Origin: an uncultured Flavobacteriaceae bacterium
GTDB taxonomy: Bacteria; Bacteroidota; Bacteroidia; NS11-12g; UBA955
Length of the DNA: 64,000 nt
NCBI GenBank assembly: GCA_964475595.1
Contig: CAYYXG010000012.1
Span: forward strand, 19,465 to 83,464
Direction: 5' to 3'
In this document: in pieces, positions 31,250 through 39,467 of the stretch
Numbering within the stretch: position 1 is the stretch's first letter
Layout of the letters: the number at the start of each line of letters is the position of its first letter
Program-made: the position numbers and the translations under genes
Notes under the pieces: model-generated
Databases searched by the model: none
Seen by the model: the letters and a program-made list of their open reading frames with translations, nothing else
Told to the model about the DNA's origin: nothing

Positions 31250-31630
31250 TTACTTGACCTCAACTTCAGCGCCCGCTTCTTTAAGTTTAGCTGCAAGATC
31301 TTCAGCTTCGGCTTTCGAAACTTTTTCTTTTACAGCTTTGGGGGCGGCATCAACAAGATCTTTGGCTTCTTTCAAACCGAGTCCGGTCAAATCTTTTACA
31401 ATTTTAACCACATTCAGTTTGTTTGCGCCTGCATTTTTGAGGATAACATCAAACTCGGTTTGTTCCTCGGCGGCGGCGGCTCCACCACCACCCGCTGCGG
31501 GGGCGGCTACAGCCACTGCAGCAGCAGCAGGTTCAATACCGTGCTCTTCCTTCAGGATTTGAGCAAGTTCATTTACCTCTTTTACAGTGAGATTTACCAA
31601 CTGATTCGCGAATTCTTTCAGATCTACCAT
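31250..31630 (-). CDS. rplL: 50S ribosomal protein L7/L12
   Basis: Ala/Gly-rich hinge, and C-terminal LKEAKDLVD...[13 protein letters not shown]. Confidence 0.97.
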   Translation of the reverse strand: MVDLKEFANQLVNLTVKEVNELAQILKEEHGIEPAAAAVAVAAPAAGGGGAAAAEEQTEFDVILKNAGANKLNVVKIVKDLTGLGLKEAKDLVDAAPKAVKEKVSKAEAEDLAAKLKEAGAEVEVK

Positions 31631-31665
31631 TGTTTTATTGTTTTTTGAGTTTTTTTGTTAGTTAA

Positions 31666-32190
31666 TTATGCTTTAGTTTCGGCTACTGCCTTTACGAGAC
31701 CGGCAATTTTTTGACCTGCATTGCCTTGCAGCGCGCTGATAACATTGCGGGCAGGAGATTGCAACAGACCAATAACTTCACCGATAAGTTCATTTTTGGA
31801 TTTGAGTTTGATGATTTCCTCCAGTGATTTGTCACCCAGAAACACGCTGCTATCTATCCATGCGCCTTTCAATACAGGTAAGCCATCCTTGTCGCGGAAA
31901 GACTTGATGGCATTGGCAGGTGCCTTCATGTTTTCAGAAATCATAACACAGGTTGAACCTGCAAGCACTGTCTTAAGATCACCAAAATCTTTACCGCAGT
32001 TTTCCATGGCAATATTTATCAGGGTGTTCTTAGCCATACGCATGCTTACACCACTATTAAATAATACACGACGAAAAGCATTGGTTGCATTGGCACTAAG
32101 ACCGGTTGTATCGGCCAGATACACCACATCACTATTCTTGAAGGTTTCCGTTAGTTCGGCAACCACCGCTTGTTTTTGTTCTTTGTTCAT
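31666..32190 (-). CDS. rplJ: 50S ribosomal protein L10
   Basis: 174-aa protein at the position between rplA and rplL, with an L10-like sequence. Confidence 0.95.
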   Translation of the reverse strand: MNKEQKQAVVAELTETFKNSDVVYLADTTGLSANATNAFRRVLFNSGVSMRMAKNTLINIAMENCGKDFGDLKTVLAGSTCVMISENMKAPANAIKSFRDKDGLPVLKGAWIDSSVFLGDKSLEEIIKLKSKNELIGEVIGLLQSPARNVISALQGNAGQKIAGLVKAVAETKA

Positions 32191-32192
32191 AA

Positions 32193-32888
32193 TCAGATTC
32201 CTGGAATGGATTTAACATCAATACTTACACCTGGGCTCATGGTGCTGCTCATGGAGATACTTTTAAAATAAGTGCCTTTTGCAGCAGATGGCTTTAATTT
32301 ATTAAGAACCTGAACCAACTCAAGTGCGTTATCGCTCAACTTGTCTGCATCAAAAGATACCTTACCCACTGAGGTATGGATAATTCCGGTTTTATCAACT
32401 TTAAAGTCAATTTTACCGGCCTTTACTTCAGTAACAGCCTTTCCTACTTCAGTAGTTACAGTGCCACTTTTCGGGTTTGGCATAAGGTTTCTGGGGCCCA
32501 GCACTTTACCCAAACGACCTAGTTTAGCCATCACACTGGGTAATGCAATGATAATATCAATATCAGTCCAGCCAGCCGCGATTTTCTCGATGTAGTCGTC
32601 AAGACCTACGTGATCTGCACCGGCATCCTTGGCTTCCTGCTCTTTGTCAGGGGTACAGAGCACCAAAACGCGAACTGTTTTACCCAGTCCATGAGGGAGA
32701 CTTGCCACGCCACGAACCATTTGGTTTGCCTGACGTGGATCAACACCCAAACGAACATCGATATCAACGGATGCGTCGAATTTGGTGGTCGTAATTTTCT
32801 TTACAATTTCGCAAGCTTCCTTCAGCGTGTAAGACTTAGTGCTATCATACCTGCTTAGTGCTTCTTTTCTTTTTTTACCAACTTTCAT
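32193..32888 (-). CDS. rplA: 50S ribosomal protein L1
   Basis: 231 aa; [16 protein letters not shown] and [14 protein letters not shown]. Confidence 0.97.
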   Translation of the reverse strand: MKVGKKRKEALSRYDSTKSYTLKEACEIVKKITTTKFDASVDIDVRLGVDPRQANQMVRGVASLPHGLGKTVRVLVLCTPDKEQEAKDAGADHVGLDDYIEKIAAGWTDIDIIIALPSVMAKLGRLGKVLGPRNLMPNPKSGTVTTEVGKAVTEVKAGKIDFKVDKTGIIHTSVGKVSFDADKLSDNALELVQVLNKLKPSAAKGTYFKSISMSSTMSPGVSIDVKSIPGI

Positions 32889-32908
32889 TTTCTTGCTTCT
32901 TTAAATGA

Positions 32909-33346
32909 TTAAAAAGGCGCATCACCTGAGATGGTGATTCCCATACTTCTGGCCGTACCCGCAACCAATTTCATGGCCGATTCCACTGTAAAACAGTTTA
33001 AATCGGGCATTTTTTCGGTAGCGATTGTTTTCACCTGATCCCAGTTCACAGAACCCACTTTTTTGCGGTTAGGTTCAGCAGAACCCTTTTGCAGTTTAGA
33101 TGCTTCCAATAGCTGAACTGCCACCGGTGGGGTTTTGATAATGAAATCAAAAGATTTGTCGGCGTAAACGGTGATTACCACGGGCAATACTTTGCCCATT
33201 TTATCTTGAGTGCGCGCATTGAATTGCTTGCAAAAATCCATGATGTTAACACCTTTGGAACCAAGAGCGGGACCAATGGGAGGAGCAGGGTTTGCCTGTC
33301 CGCCTTTCACCTGGAGTTTTACGAAGCCTGATATTTGTTTTGCCAT
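32909..33346 (-). CDS. rplK: 50S ribosomal protein L11
   Basis: [36 protein letters not shown]. Confidence 0.97.
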   Translation of the reverse strand: MAKQISGFVKLQVKGGQANPAPPIGPALGSKGVNIMDFCKQFNARTQDKMGKVLPVVITVYADKSFDFIIKTPPVAVQLLEASKLQKGSAEPNRKKVGSVNWDQVKTIATEKMPDLNCFTVESAMKLVAGTARSMGITISGDAPF

Positions 33347-33351
33347 TACTG

Positions 33352-33903
33352 TTACAATTTCTGTACTTGATTATAGTTAAGTTCGAGCGGAGTGCGGCGA
33401 CCAAATATTTTCACCATCACTTTCAGCTTTTTCTTTTCGTCGTTTATTTCTTCTATCACACCATCAAAGTCATTGAAAGGACCATCAATCACTTTAACGG
33501 CTTCTCCTACCATATAATGTTCTTCCGACGAAGTTGCCGATTCACTAAGTTCATCGGCGGTTCCCAATATTCTGCCTAATTCTGCAGGTCTGAGGGCCAC
33601 AGGAGTATCTTTACTTCCCAAAAAACCCACCACACCTGAGACAGATTTTATCAATGGAATAACTTCTGGATCTGAGAAATCCGCATTGATGAGTATGTAC
33701 CCCGGAAATGCGTTTCTTTCCTTGGCAATTTTTTTACCATTTTTGATTTGGTAAACCTTTTCTGTAGGAATTAAAATTTCGGGCACATAAGACTGCTTGC
33801 GGGCTCTTTCGAGCTCAACCTCGATGTTGTGTTTCACCTTTTTTTCCTGACCGGTGATTGCACGAACAACGTACCATTTATGTTTTTCTTCAGCAGTCGT
33901 CAT
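33352..33903 (-). CDS. nusG: transcription termination/antitermination factor NusG
   Basis: [15 protein letters not shown] (NGN domain) and a C-terminal KOW ([21 protein letters not shown]). Confidence 0.95.
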   Translation of the reverse strand: MTTAEEKHKWYVVRAITGQEKKVKHNIEVELERARKQSYVPEILIPTEKVYQIKNGKKIAKERNAFPGYILINADFSDPEVIPLIKSVSGVVGFLGSKDTPVALRPAELGRILGTADELSESATSSEEHYMVGEAVKVIDGPFNDFDGVIEEINDEKKKLKVMVKIFGRRTPLELNYNQVQKL

Positions 33904-33905
33904 TA

Positions 33906-34100
33906 TCAGAAAAGTTTGTAAAAATTGGTGAGGGCAAGACCCAGCACCTGATCCATAGACCAGATGATGAGAGCAAAAAGTACGGAAGCTACCAAAACAA
34001 TCCAGGTACTTTCCGTGAGTTCATTCCACGAGGGCCATGACACCTTGTTTAGGAGTTCATCACGAGTTTCGCGGAAATAATTACCTATTCTTTCAAACAT
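33906..34100 (-). CDS. secE: preprotein translocase subunit SecE
   Basis: 64-aa single-TM protein (ELLNKVSWPSWNEL..) immediately upstream of nusG. Confidence 0.9.
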   Translation of the reverse strand: MFERIGNYFRETRDELLNKVSWPSWNELTESTWIVLVASVLFALIIWSMDQVLGLALTNFYKLF

Positions 34101-34114
34101 TGCGCTTCTATTAG

Positions 34115-34185
34115 CACGGGCACCAGGATTCGAACCCAGATCAAAGGTTTTGGAGACCTCTATTCTACCATTGAACTATGCCCGT
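34115..34185 (-). tRNA. tRNA-Trp (anticodon CCA)
   Basis: Manual fold: acceptor ACGGGCA/TGCCCGT, anticodon loop CTCCAAA, T-arm GGTTCGAATCC. CCA tail not encoded. Confidence 0.9.
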
Positions 34186-34210
34186 ATAAAGAGGGCGGAA
34201 AACCGCCCTC
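34186..34210 (-). terminator. hairpin after tuf, 5 nt before tRNA-Trp
   Basis: On the minus strand: GAGGGCGGttttCCGCCCTC followed by TTTAT, then the tRNA-Trp 5' end. It could be a terminator or a processing hairpin. Confidence 0.5.
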
Positions 34211-34223
34211 TCTAGGTCAAAAA

Positions 34224-35408
34224 TTATTCGATGATCTCAGTAACCTGACCAGCACCTACGGTACGGCCGCCTTCACGAATCGCGAAGCGAAGACCTTTTT
34301 CCATAGCGATGGGCTGAATCAGTTCCACTGTAATTGAAATGTTATCACCGGGCATTACCATTTCGGTACCTGCAGGCAACATGATTTCACCGGTTACGTC
34401 AGTAGTACGGAAGTAGAACTGAGGACGGTACTTGTTGAAGAATGGGGTATGACGGCCACCTTCTTCTTTGCTCAGTACATAAATCTCAGCTTTGAACTTC
34501 TTGTGGGGAGAAACTGACTTAGGAGCACAGATAACCATACCACGGCGGATATCGGTTTTTTCGATACCACGCAGCAGGATACCGGCGTTGTCACCAGCTT
34601 CACCGCGATCCAACAGTTTGCGGAACATTTCCACACCTGTGCAGGTAGAGGTCATGTGAGCACCAAAACCGATGATATCAACTGACTCACCAATTTTGAT
34701 TACACCACGCTCGATACGACCTGTAGCCACAGTACCACGACCTGTGATAGAAAACACATCTTCTACGGGCATCAGGAAGGGCTGATCTACCAGACGGGGA
34801 GGAACGGGGATCCAGTTGTCAACTGCGTCCATGAGCTGACGGATGGTATCCACCCATTTAGCATCACCATTCAAACCACCCAGGGCAGAACCGCGGATGA
34901 TAGGCGTGTTGTCAGCGTCAAATTCATAGAACTTCAACAGGTCACGAATTTCAAGCTCAACCAGGTCAAGCAGTTCTTCGTCGTCTACCATGTCCACTTT
35001 GTTCATGAAAACTACCAAACGAGGTACACCTACCTGGCGGGCAAGCAGAATGTGTTCACGAGTCTGGGGCATTGGGCCGTCTGTAGAGGCTACCACGAGG
35101 ATAGCACCATCCATCTGGGCAGCACCCGTTACCATGTTCTTAACGTAGTCAGCGTGACCTGGACAGTCAACGTGCGCATAGTGGCGGTTGCCAGTCTGGT
35201 ATTCTACGTGAGCAGTGTTGATAGTGATACCGCGTTCTTTTTCTTCAGGAGCTGAATCGATAGAATCGAAAGATCTCTTTTCAGAAAGACCGGCATCAGC
35301 CAGTACGGTGGTAATTGCAGCGGTAAGAGTAGTCTTACCATGATCGACGTGACCGATGGTACCAATGTTTACGTGAGGTTTGGAGCGGTCAAATGTTTCT
35401 TTTGCCAT
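34224..35408 (-). CDS. tuf: elongation factor Tu
   Basis: [28 protein letters not shown]...; 394 aa. The track ORF extends to 35486 only because the frame stays open into tRNA-Thr. Confidence 0.98.
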   Translation of the reverse strand: MAKETFDRSKPHVNIGTIGHVDHGKTTLTAAITTVLADAGLSEKRSFDSIDSAPEEKERGITINTAHVEYQTGNRHYAHVDCPGHADYVKNMVTGAAQMDGAILVVASTDGPMPQTREHILLARQVGVPRLVVFMNKVDMVDDEELLDLVELEIRDLLKFYEFDADNTPIIRGSALGGLNGDAKWVDTIRQLMDAVDNWIPVPPRLVDQPFLMPVEDVFSITGRGTVATGRIERGVIKIGESVDIIGFGAHMTSTCTGVEMFRKLLDRGEAGDNAGILLRGIEKTDIRRGMVICAPKSVSPHKKFKAEIYVLSKEEGGRHTPFFNKYRPQFYFRTTDVTGEIMLPAGTEMVMPGDNISITVELIQPIAMEKGLRFAIREGGRTVGAGQVTEIIE

Positions 35409-35441
35409 ATTATTTGTTTTTAGTTTGTCTGTTTCTGTTTC

Positions 35442-35516
<75 letters not shown>

Positions 35517-35594
35517 TTTTGGTACCTTTCGGAACCCGGGCATCTTTCGATGACCGTTTTGAAGCAAATCAGTGCCCCGGTTTGCTTCAACCGG

Positions 35595-35667
35595 AGCGGG
35601 AGACGAGGCTCGAACCCGCGACCTACAGCTTGGAAGGCTGTCGCTCTACCAACTGAGCTACTCCCGC
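35595..35667 (-). tRNA. tRNA-Gly (anticodon TCC)
   Basis: Manual fold: GCGGGAG acceptor, anticodon stem ACAGC/GCTGT with loop CTTCCAA, T-arm GGTTCGAGCC. Confidence 0.9.
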
Positions 35668-35688
35668 ATAGCATTTAAAGGTGTTTAG

Positions 35689-35771
35689 TGGGGAAAGAAG
35701 GATTCGAACCTCCGAAGTCGTAAGACAGCAGATTTACAGTCTGCCCCATTTGGCCACTCTGGTATTTCCCC
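35689..35771 (-). tRNA. tRNA-Tyr (anticodon GTA), long variable arm
   Basis: Manual fold: GGGGAAA acceptor, anticodon stem GCAGA/TCTGC with loop CTGTAAA; 83 nt with a variable arm. Confidence 0.9.
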
Positions 35772-35795
35772 TGAGTCTTGCCGTTAAATGCTTTG

Positions 35796-35868
<73 letters not shown>

Positions 35869-35914
35869 ATGTTGAAGAACGCGGCTCATTGTACACGGGC
35901 CGTAAAAAGGACTG

Positions 35915-35922
35915 CAAAAATA
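35915..35922 (-). promoter_or_regulatory. candidate -7 box (TAttTTTG) for the tRNA-tuf operon
   Basis: The minus-strand tatttttg lies about 47 nt upstream of the tRNA-Thr(TGT) 5' end, similar to the geometry at tRNA-Asn. It sits in the loop of the 35908-35927 hairpin, so the call is tentative. Confidence 0.35.
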
Positions 35923-36033
35923 GTCCTTTTTTTTGATTTTTCAAAACCTTGTTCACACTTTTTTCATTGAGCGTATTTCCACACCCTTCTGTCAACTTTT
36001 TTAACCCACAATCCGGACATTCAAATTCATTCC

Positions 36034-36041
36034 TAACTTTG
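36034..36041 (+). promoter_or_regulatory. Bacteroidota -7 promoter box (TAacTTTG)
   Basis: TAnnTTTG match 9 nt upstream of the ATG at 36050. Confidence 0.4.
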
Positions 36042-36049
36042 CGCCTTGC

Positions 36050-37081
36050 ATGAAAAAGATCGGAACCCTTATTGCCATCATCGTTTTTCTCATCGTGGCT
36101 TTTTTACTCTTCAGAAGGAATATTAATCAAACACATTCCATGGATTCCCAATCTTTTCGGTTGGAAAACCCCAATAAAATTGATAAAATCTTACTCTCCC
36201 CCAACAACACCAAACTTGATTACATACTTATATATAAGGATAATGACCGTTGGTTCGTAAAAAACAACAAACTTACAGAACCTGCCGACACCCATAGTAT
36301 CAGAGAGCTGCTTTATTGGGTTTTGCGAAAAGCCCAGATTAAGTCGCCGGTTTCGGATGCTGAAAAGGAGCCCGTAACGCGCGAAATTGCACTTAATGGA
36401 GTAAAAGCCGTTTTCTATAGTGGGGGTGCTGAAGTAAATTCCTTTTATGCCGGCAACCCTACACCCAATCAGGAGGCTACCTATATGTATCATCCCGACA
36501 TGGAAAGACCGTGCATAGTGGAAATTACCGGTTTCAAAGGGTACCTTACCCCCTATTTCACCCTTGACATTGATGCATGGAGATCTCCTGTTATACTGGA
36601 TGTGTCCGCTGAAAAAATTCAAAAAGTGGACATTCTGTGGCCGGAAAATCGGGATCAGGGATTTAGCATAAGTCGAGAAAACAATGCCCTTGTGCTGCGA
36701 AATGCATCAGGACAGAAAGTAAATAATACCAACAACACCCGTCTGCTGTCATTTTTGGAAAGGTTTCAGAACATTGCCCGTGAATATGGAGAAACTGCCG
36801 GTATCAACCGCAAAAAAACTTTGCGTGACAGCGTTATCAAGGGCGGACATTTTTTCTCCATCAACATTACCGATGTGAACGGGAAAAAACAGGGAATTAG
36901 GATGTTTCGCATGAAAACCAGCGTTGAAACCTACGCTCCTGACAGAAGGGACGGTAGTGTACCCAATTTTGAAACAGATACATACTGGGTTCAGGTGGAT
37001 GGAAAACCAGAGCTCTGGGTTATACAAGGCGCCATCATGAATAGCCGAATGAAAACGTTACAAGATATTGCACCCCAATAA
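36050..37081 (+). CDS. N-terminally anchored hypothetical protein (possibly DUF4340-like)
   Basis: 343-aa ORF with anchor MKKIGTLIAIIVFLIVAFLLF and no recognisable catalytic motif. The family assignment is from memory only. Confidence 0.65.
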   Translation: MKKIGTLIAIIVFLIVAFLLFRRNINQTHSMDSQSFRLENPNKIDKILLSPNNTKLDYILIYKDNDRWFVKNNKLTEPADTHSIRELLYWVLRKAQIKSPVSDAEKEPVTREIALNGVKAVFYSGGAEVNSFYAGNPTPNQEATYMYHPDMERPCIVEITGFKGYLTPYFTLDIDAWRSPVILDVSAEKIQKVDILWPENRDQGFSISRENNALVLRNASGQKVNNTNNTRLLSFLERFQNIAREYGETAGINRKKTLRDSVIKGGHFFSINITDVNGKKQGIRMFRMKTSVETYAPDRRDGSVPNFETDTYWVQVDGKPELWVIQGAIMNSRMKTLQDIAPQ

Positions 37082-37100
37082 AAACTGCTTTTAATATTCT

Positions 37101-37835
37101 TTGAAAATTTCCATCGCCATTATCGGTGCCATCATAGGCTTAATTTCAGGTGGACCCATAGGTGCCATCGTAGGATTTTTAATTGGCATGTACATAGAGT
37201 ACACTGCAAGTGAAGGGAACAAGCAGGAAACACGGGAAACATACCGCGAAGCACCACCCACGGATTTTACCCGTCATTTGCTTGTGCTGATTGCCGCTGT
37301 CATGAATGCCGACGGATCGGCTATGCGCAGTGAACTGGATCTGGTAAAACGCATGCTGGTTCGTACTTATGGAGAGCAAAGGGCATCTCACCTGCTGCTC
37401 ATTCTCAGAGAATTGCTAAAGGAAAAGCAGGATGTAACCTATGTATGCAGGCAAATACGCGGTGAAATGGCCTACAGTCAGCGACTGGAATTGTTGCATG
37501 TTTTGTTTCGTATTTCACGTGCAGATTCCGACATCAACCCCTCAGAGCTTCAGTTGTTGCAGCACATTGCCACACAAATGGGCATTACCACTCCGGATTT
37601 TTTGTCACTGAGAGCCATGTTTGTTACCTCCCCCGATTCGGATTACAAAATATTGGATGTGAGCCCTGATGCCGGGGAGGATGAAGTAAAAAAATCATAC
37701 CGTAAAATGGCCATGCGATTCCACCCGGACCGATTAATTGGCTTGACAGAAAATGAAAAAAAAGCCGCCGAAGCCAAATTTTTATCGGTGCAAAAAGCCT
37801 ATGAAAACATAAAGAGAAAGCGGGGCTGGAATTGA
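37101..37835 (+). CDS. DjlA-like membrane co-chaperone (TerB-like domain plus C-terminal J domain)
   Basis: Gly-rich TM helix at the N-terminus. C-terminal DYKILDVSPDAGEDEVKKSYRKMAMRFHPDR contains the HPD motif. TTG start. Confidence 0.75.
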   Translation: MKISIAIIGAIIGLISGGPIGAIVGFLIGMYIEYTASEGNKQETRETYREAPPTDFTRHLLVLIAAVMNADGSAMRSELDLVKRMLVRTYGEQRASHLLLILRELLKEKQDVTYVCRQIRGEMAYSQRLELLHVLFRISRADSDINPSELQLLQHIATQMGITTPDFLSLRAMFVTSPDSDYKILDVSPDAGEDEVKKSYRKMAMRFHPDRLIGLTENEKKAAEAKFLSVQKAYENIKRKRGWN

Positions 37836-38731
37836 AAGTTCACCTCTCCCTGTTTTTCGTATCGCTATTTTATGCCATTCTTTTTTCATGGGCAGGTGAA
37901 ATAATGCCAGTGCACCTTTCCGCAGAAAGTTTTGTTTGGCTGAGAATTCTTACGGCCTTTGCGCTATTTAGTGGTTGTTCACTATTTATCAGTGACAGGG
38001 CCATAGAATGGCGCACAGATTTTGTCCGATTTGCCGTATGCGCATTTTTTGGCACTGCTGCCAACATGTTCATGTTTTTTAAAGGGCTGAGTATGACCAA
38101 ACCCATTAATGGTGCGGTATTAATGCTGGTAACACCGCTATTTGTGGCATTGATTGAACATGTTATACAAAAAAAGAAACCCTCGCCAGGCATGACCGCC
38201 GGGATTTTTATCGGGGCCCTGGGAGCATGGCTGCTGATGTGGGGCAAAGGCGCACGATTTACCTCTGATACTTTGGAGGGAGATATCTGGGTATCCATGA
38301 ATGCACTTTTCTATGCCATTTACCTTGTGTTAGCCAAAAAACTGGCCAACAAGTACCACGCCATCACCGTCAATAAGGTAATGTTTGGCATGGGTCTCAT
38401 TTACATTGCTCCTTTGGGAGCCATACCATTATGGAATACCGATTTTACTGCTATTCCTTCCGATATTTGGTTAAAAATCGGATATATTTTGTTTTTTACC
38501 AGTTTTTTAGTATATTTACTCAACATGTATGGCATCAAACATGCATCTGGGTCCTTGGTTGGCATTTACATATACCTGCAACCACTGCTGGCCACCGTTA
38601 TTGCTGTATTGCTGGGCAGGGATGAAATCACCGCTGAGAAAGTCATGTATGCGCTTATGATTATTACCGGGGTCTGGCTGGTAAGCGGCAAATACCCATT
38701 AAAAATGAGACTGAGTATGAAGAAAGGATAA
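37832..38731 (+). CDS. EamA/DMT-family transporter
   Basis: 299 aa, about ten hydrophobic helices, duplicated EamA-like halves. The TTG start overlaps the preceding stop. Confidence 0.75.
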   Translation: MKVHLSLFFVSLFYAILFSWAGEIMPVHLSAESFVWLRILTAFALFSGCSLFISDRAIEWRTDFVRFAVCAFFGTAANMFMFFKGLSMTKPINGAVLMLVTPLFVALIEHVIQKKKPSPGMTAGIFIGALGAWLLMWGKGARFTSDTLEGDIWVSMNALFYAIYLVLAKKLANKYHAITVNKVMFGMGLIYIAPLGAIPLWNTDFTAIPSDIWLKIGYILFFTSFLVYLLNMYGIKHASGSLVGIYIYLQPLLATVIAVLLGRDEITAEKVMYALMIITGVWLVSGKYPLKMRLSMKKG

Positions 38732-38748
38732 TTTTACGTTACCTTTAT

Positions 38749-38756
38749 TATATTTG
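38749..38756 (+). promoter_or_regulatory. Bacteroidota -7 promoter box (TAtaTTTG, context tatatttgcactcc)
   Basis: Same extended box as at rpsU, 22 nt upstream of the ATG at 38778. The track TTG start at 38754 lies inside it. Confidence 0.5.
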
Positions 38757-38777
38757 CACTCCAATTCACGAATAGAC

Positions 38778-39104
38778 ATGCGCACCGCAGAAGCCAATAC
38801 AATCCTGGACAAAATATTGAAGCAGGTAGAAAAAAACGGTATTCAGCCCGATAAAATCATTCCCCTACTGCAACAGGCCCGGGAATATGCACTAAAAGAA
38901 GAAGATCCTTTACTAACTCGCGCACTGCGCCTTTGCTGGCAGCATCTGGAAGGCAACGATGGATTTGAACTTAACTATCTGGAAGACGGAGAATCTACCG
39001 AAGAAAACTTCACCTACCTGATATCACTGGCCATCAAATCGGAAAACACCTACAACCGGGATGAAATCCGTGAAATGACCAACATGCTTCAGGCCATGGC
39101 CTAA
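38778..39104 (+). CDS. acidic helical hypothetical protein (108 aa)
   Basis: ORF following the promoter box. Its stop overlaps the next start by 1 nt (TAATG). No recognisable motif. Confidence 0.6.
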   Translation: MRTAEANTILDKILKQVEKNGIQPDKIIPLLQQAREYALKEEDPLLTRALRLCWQHLEGNDGFELNYLEDGESTEENFTYLISLAIKSENTYNRDEIREMTNMLQAMA

Positions 39105-39412
39105 TGATATTTGGGCGTAAGCATATTGCCCTTTTCTTTCTATTCTGCACATTGATTGTGCAGACACCCCGCGCATGGTTGCATGAATGCCATGATACTG
39201 AATTTGACACATACGAACATACAGGAACTTCCTTAGAAGAAGATTGTGACATCTGCAGTCAGCCTGCCCTGCTTAGTGATGATATTGGCAACCCAGAGGC
39301 CAGCGCTTACTTCAAGTGCTGTTATTTTTCTTTTCCAAACTACCAAATTTCTCTTCCCTGTATAACAGGTGGCCTAACGAAAAACAAAGCCCCGCCTGTA
39401 TTGCCCTGTTAA
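39104..39412 (+). CDS. small Cys/His-rich membrane-anchored protein (possibly HYC_CC_PP-like)
   Basis: N-terminal hydrophobic segment HIALFFLFCTLIV, then WLHECHD, DCDIC, FKCCYF and the C-terminal APPVLPC. It has 8 Cys in 102 aa and is translationally coupled to the upstream ORF. Confidence 0.6.
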   Translation: MIFGRKHIALFFLFCTLIVQTPRAWLHECHDTEFDTYEHTGTSLEEDCDICSQPALLSDDIGNPEASAYFKCCYFSFPNYQISLPCITGGLTKNKAPPVLPC

Positions 39413-39467
39413 TTCACAAACAGGGCGATGATACCTCGCCTTCGATAGGTATCCACACAGGAAAAAA

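Noticed and set aside
31460-31520. GC-rich triplet repetition (ggcggcggcggc, caccaccacc, gcagcagcagca).
   Set aside because: It encodes the Ala/Gly-rich flexible hinge of L7/L12, which is a normal feature and not a repeat element.
23006-31648. Many 60-176-aa plus-strand ORFs across rpoC, rpoB and rplL.
   Set aside because: All lie antisense to highly conserved genes and have biased, repetitive translations typical of shadow frames.
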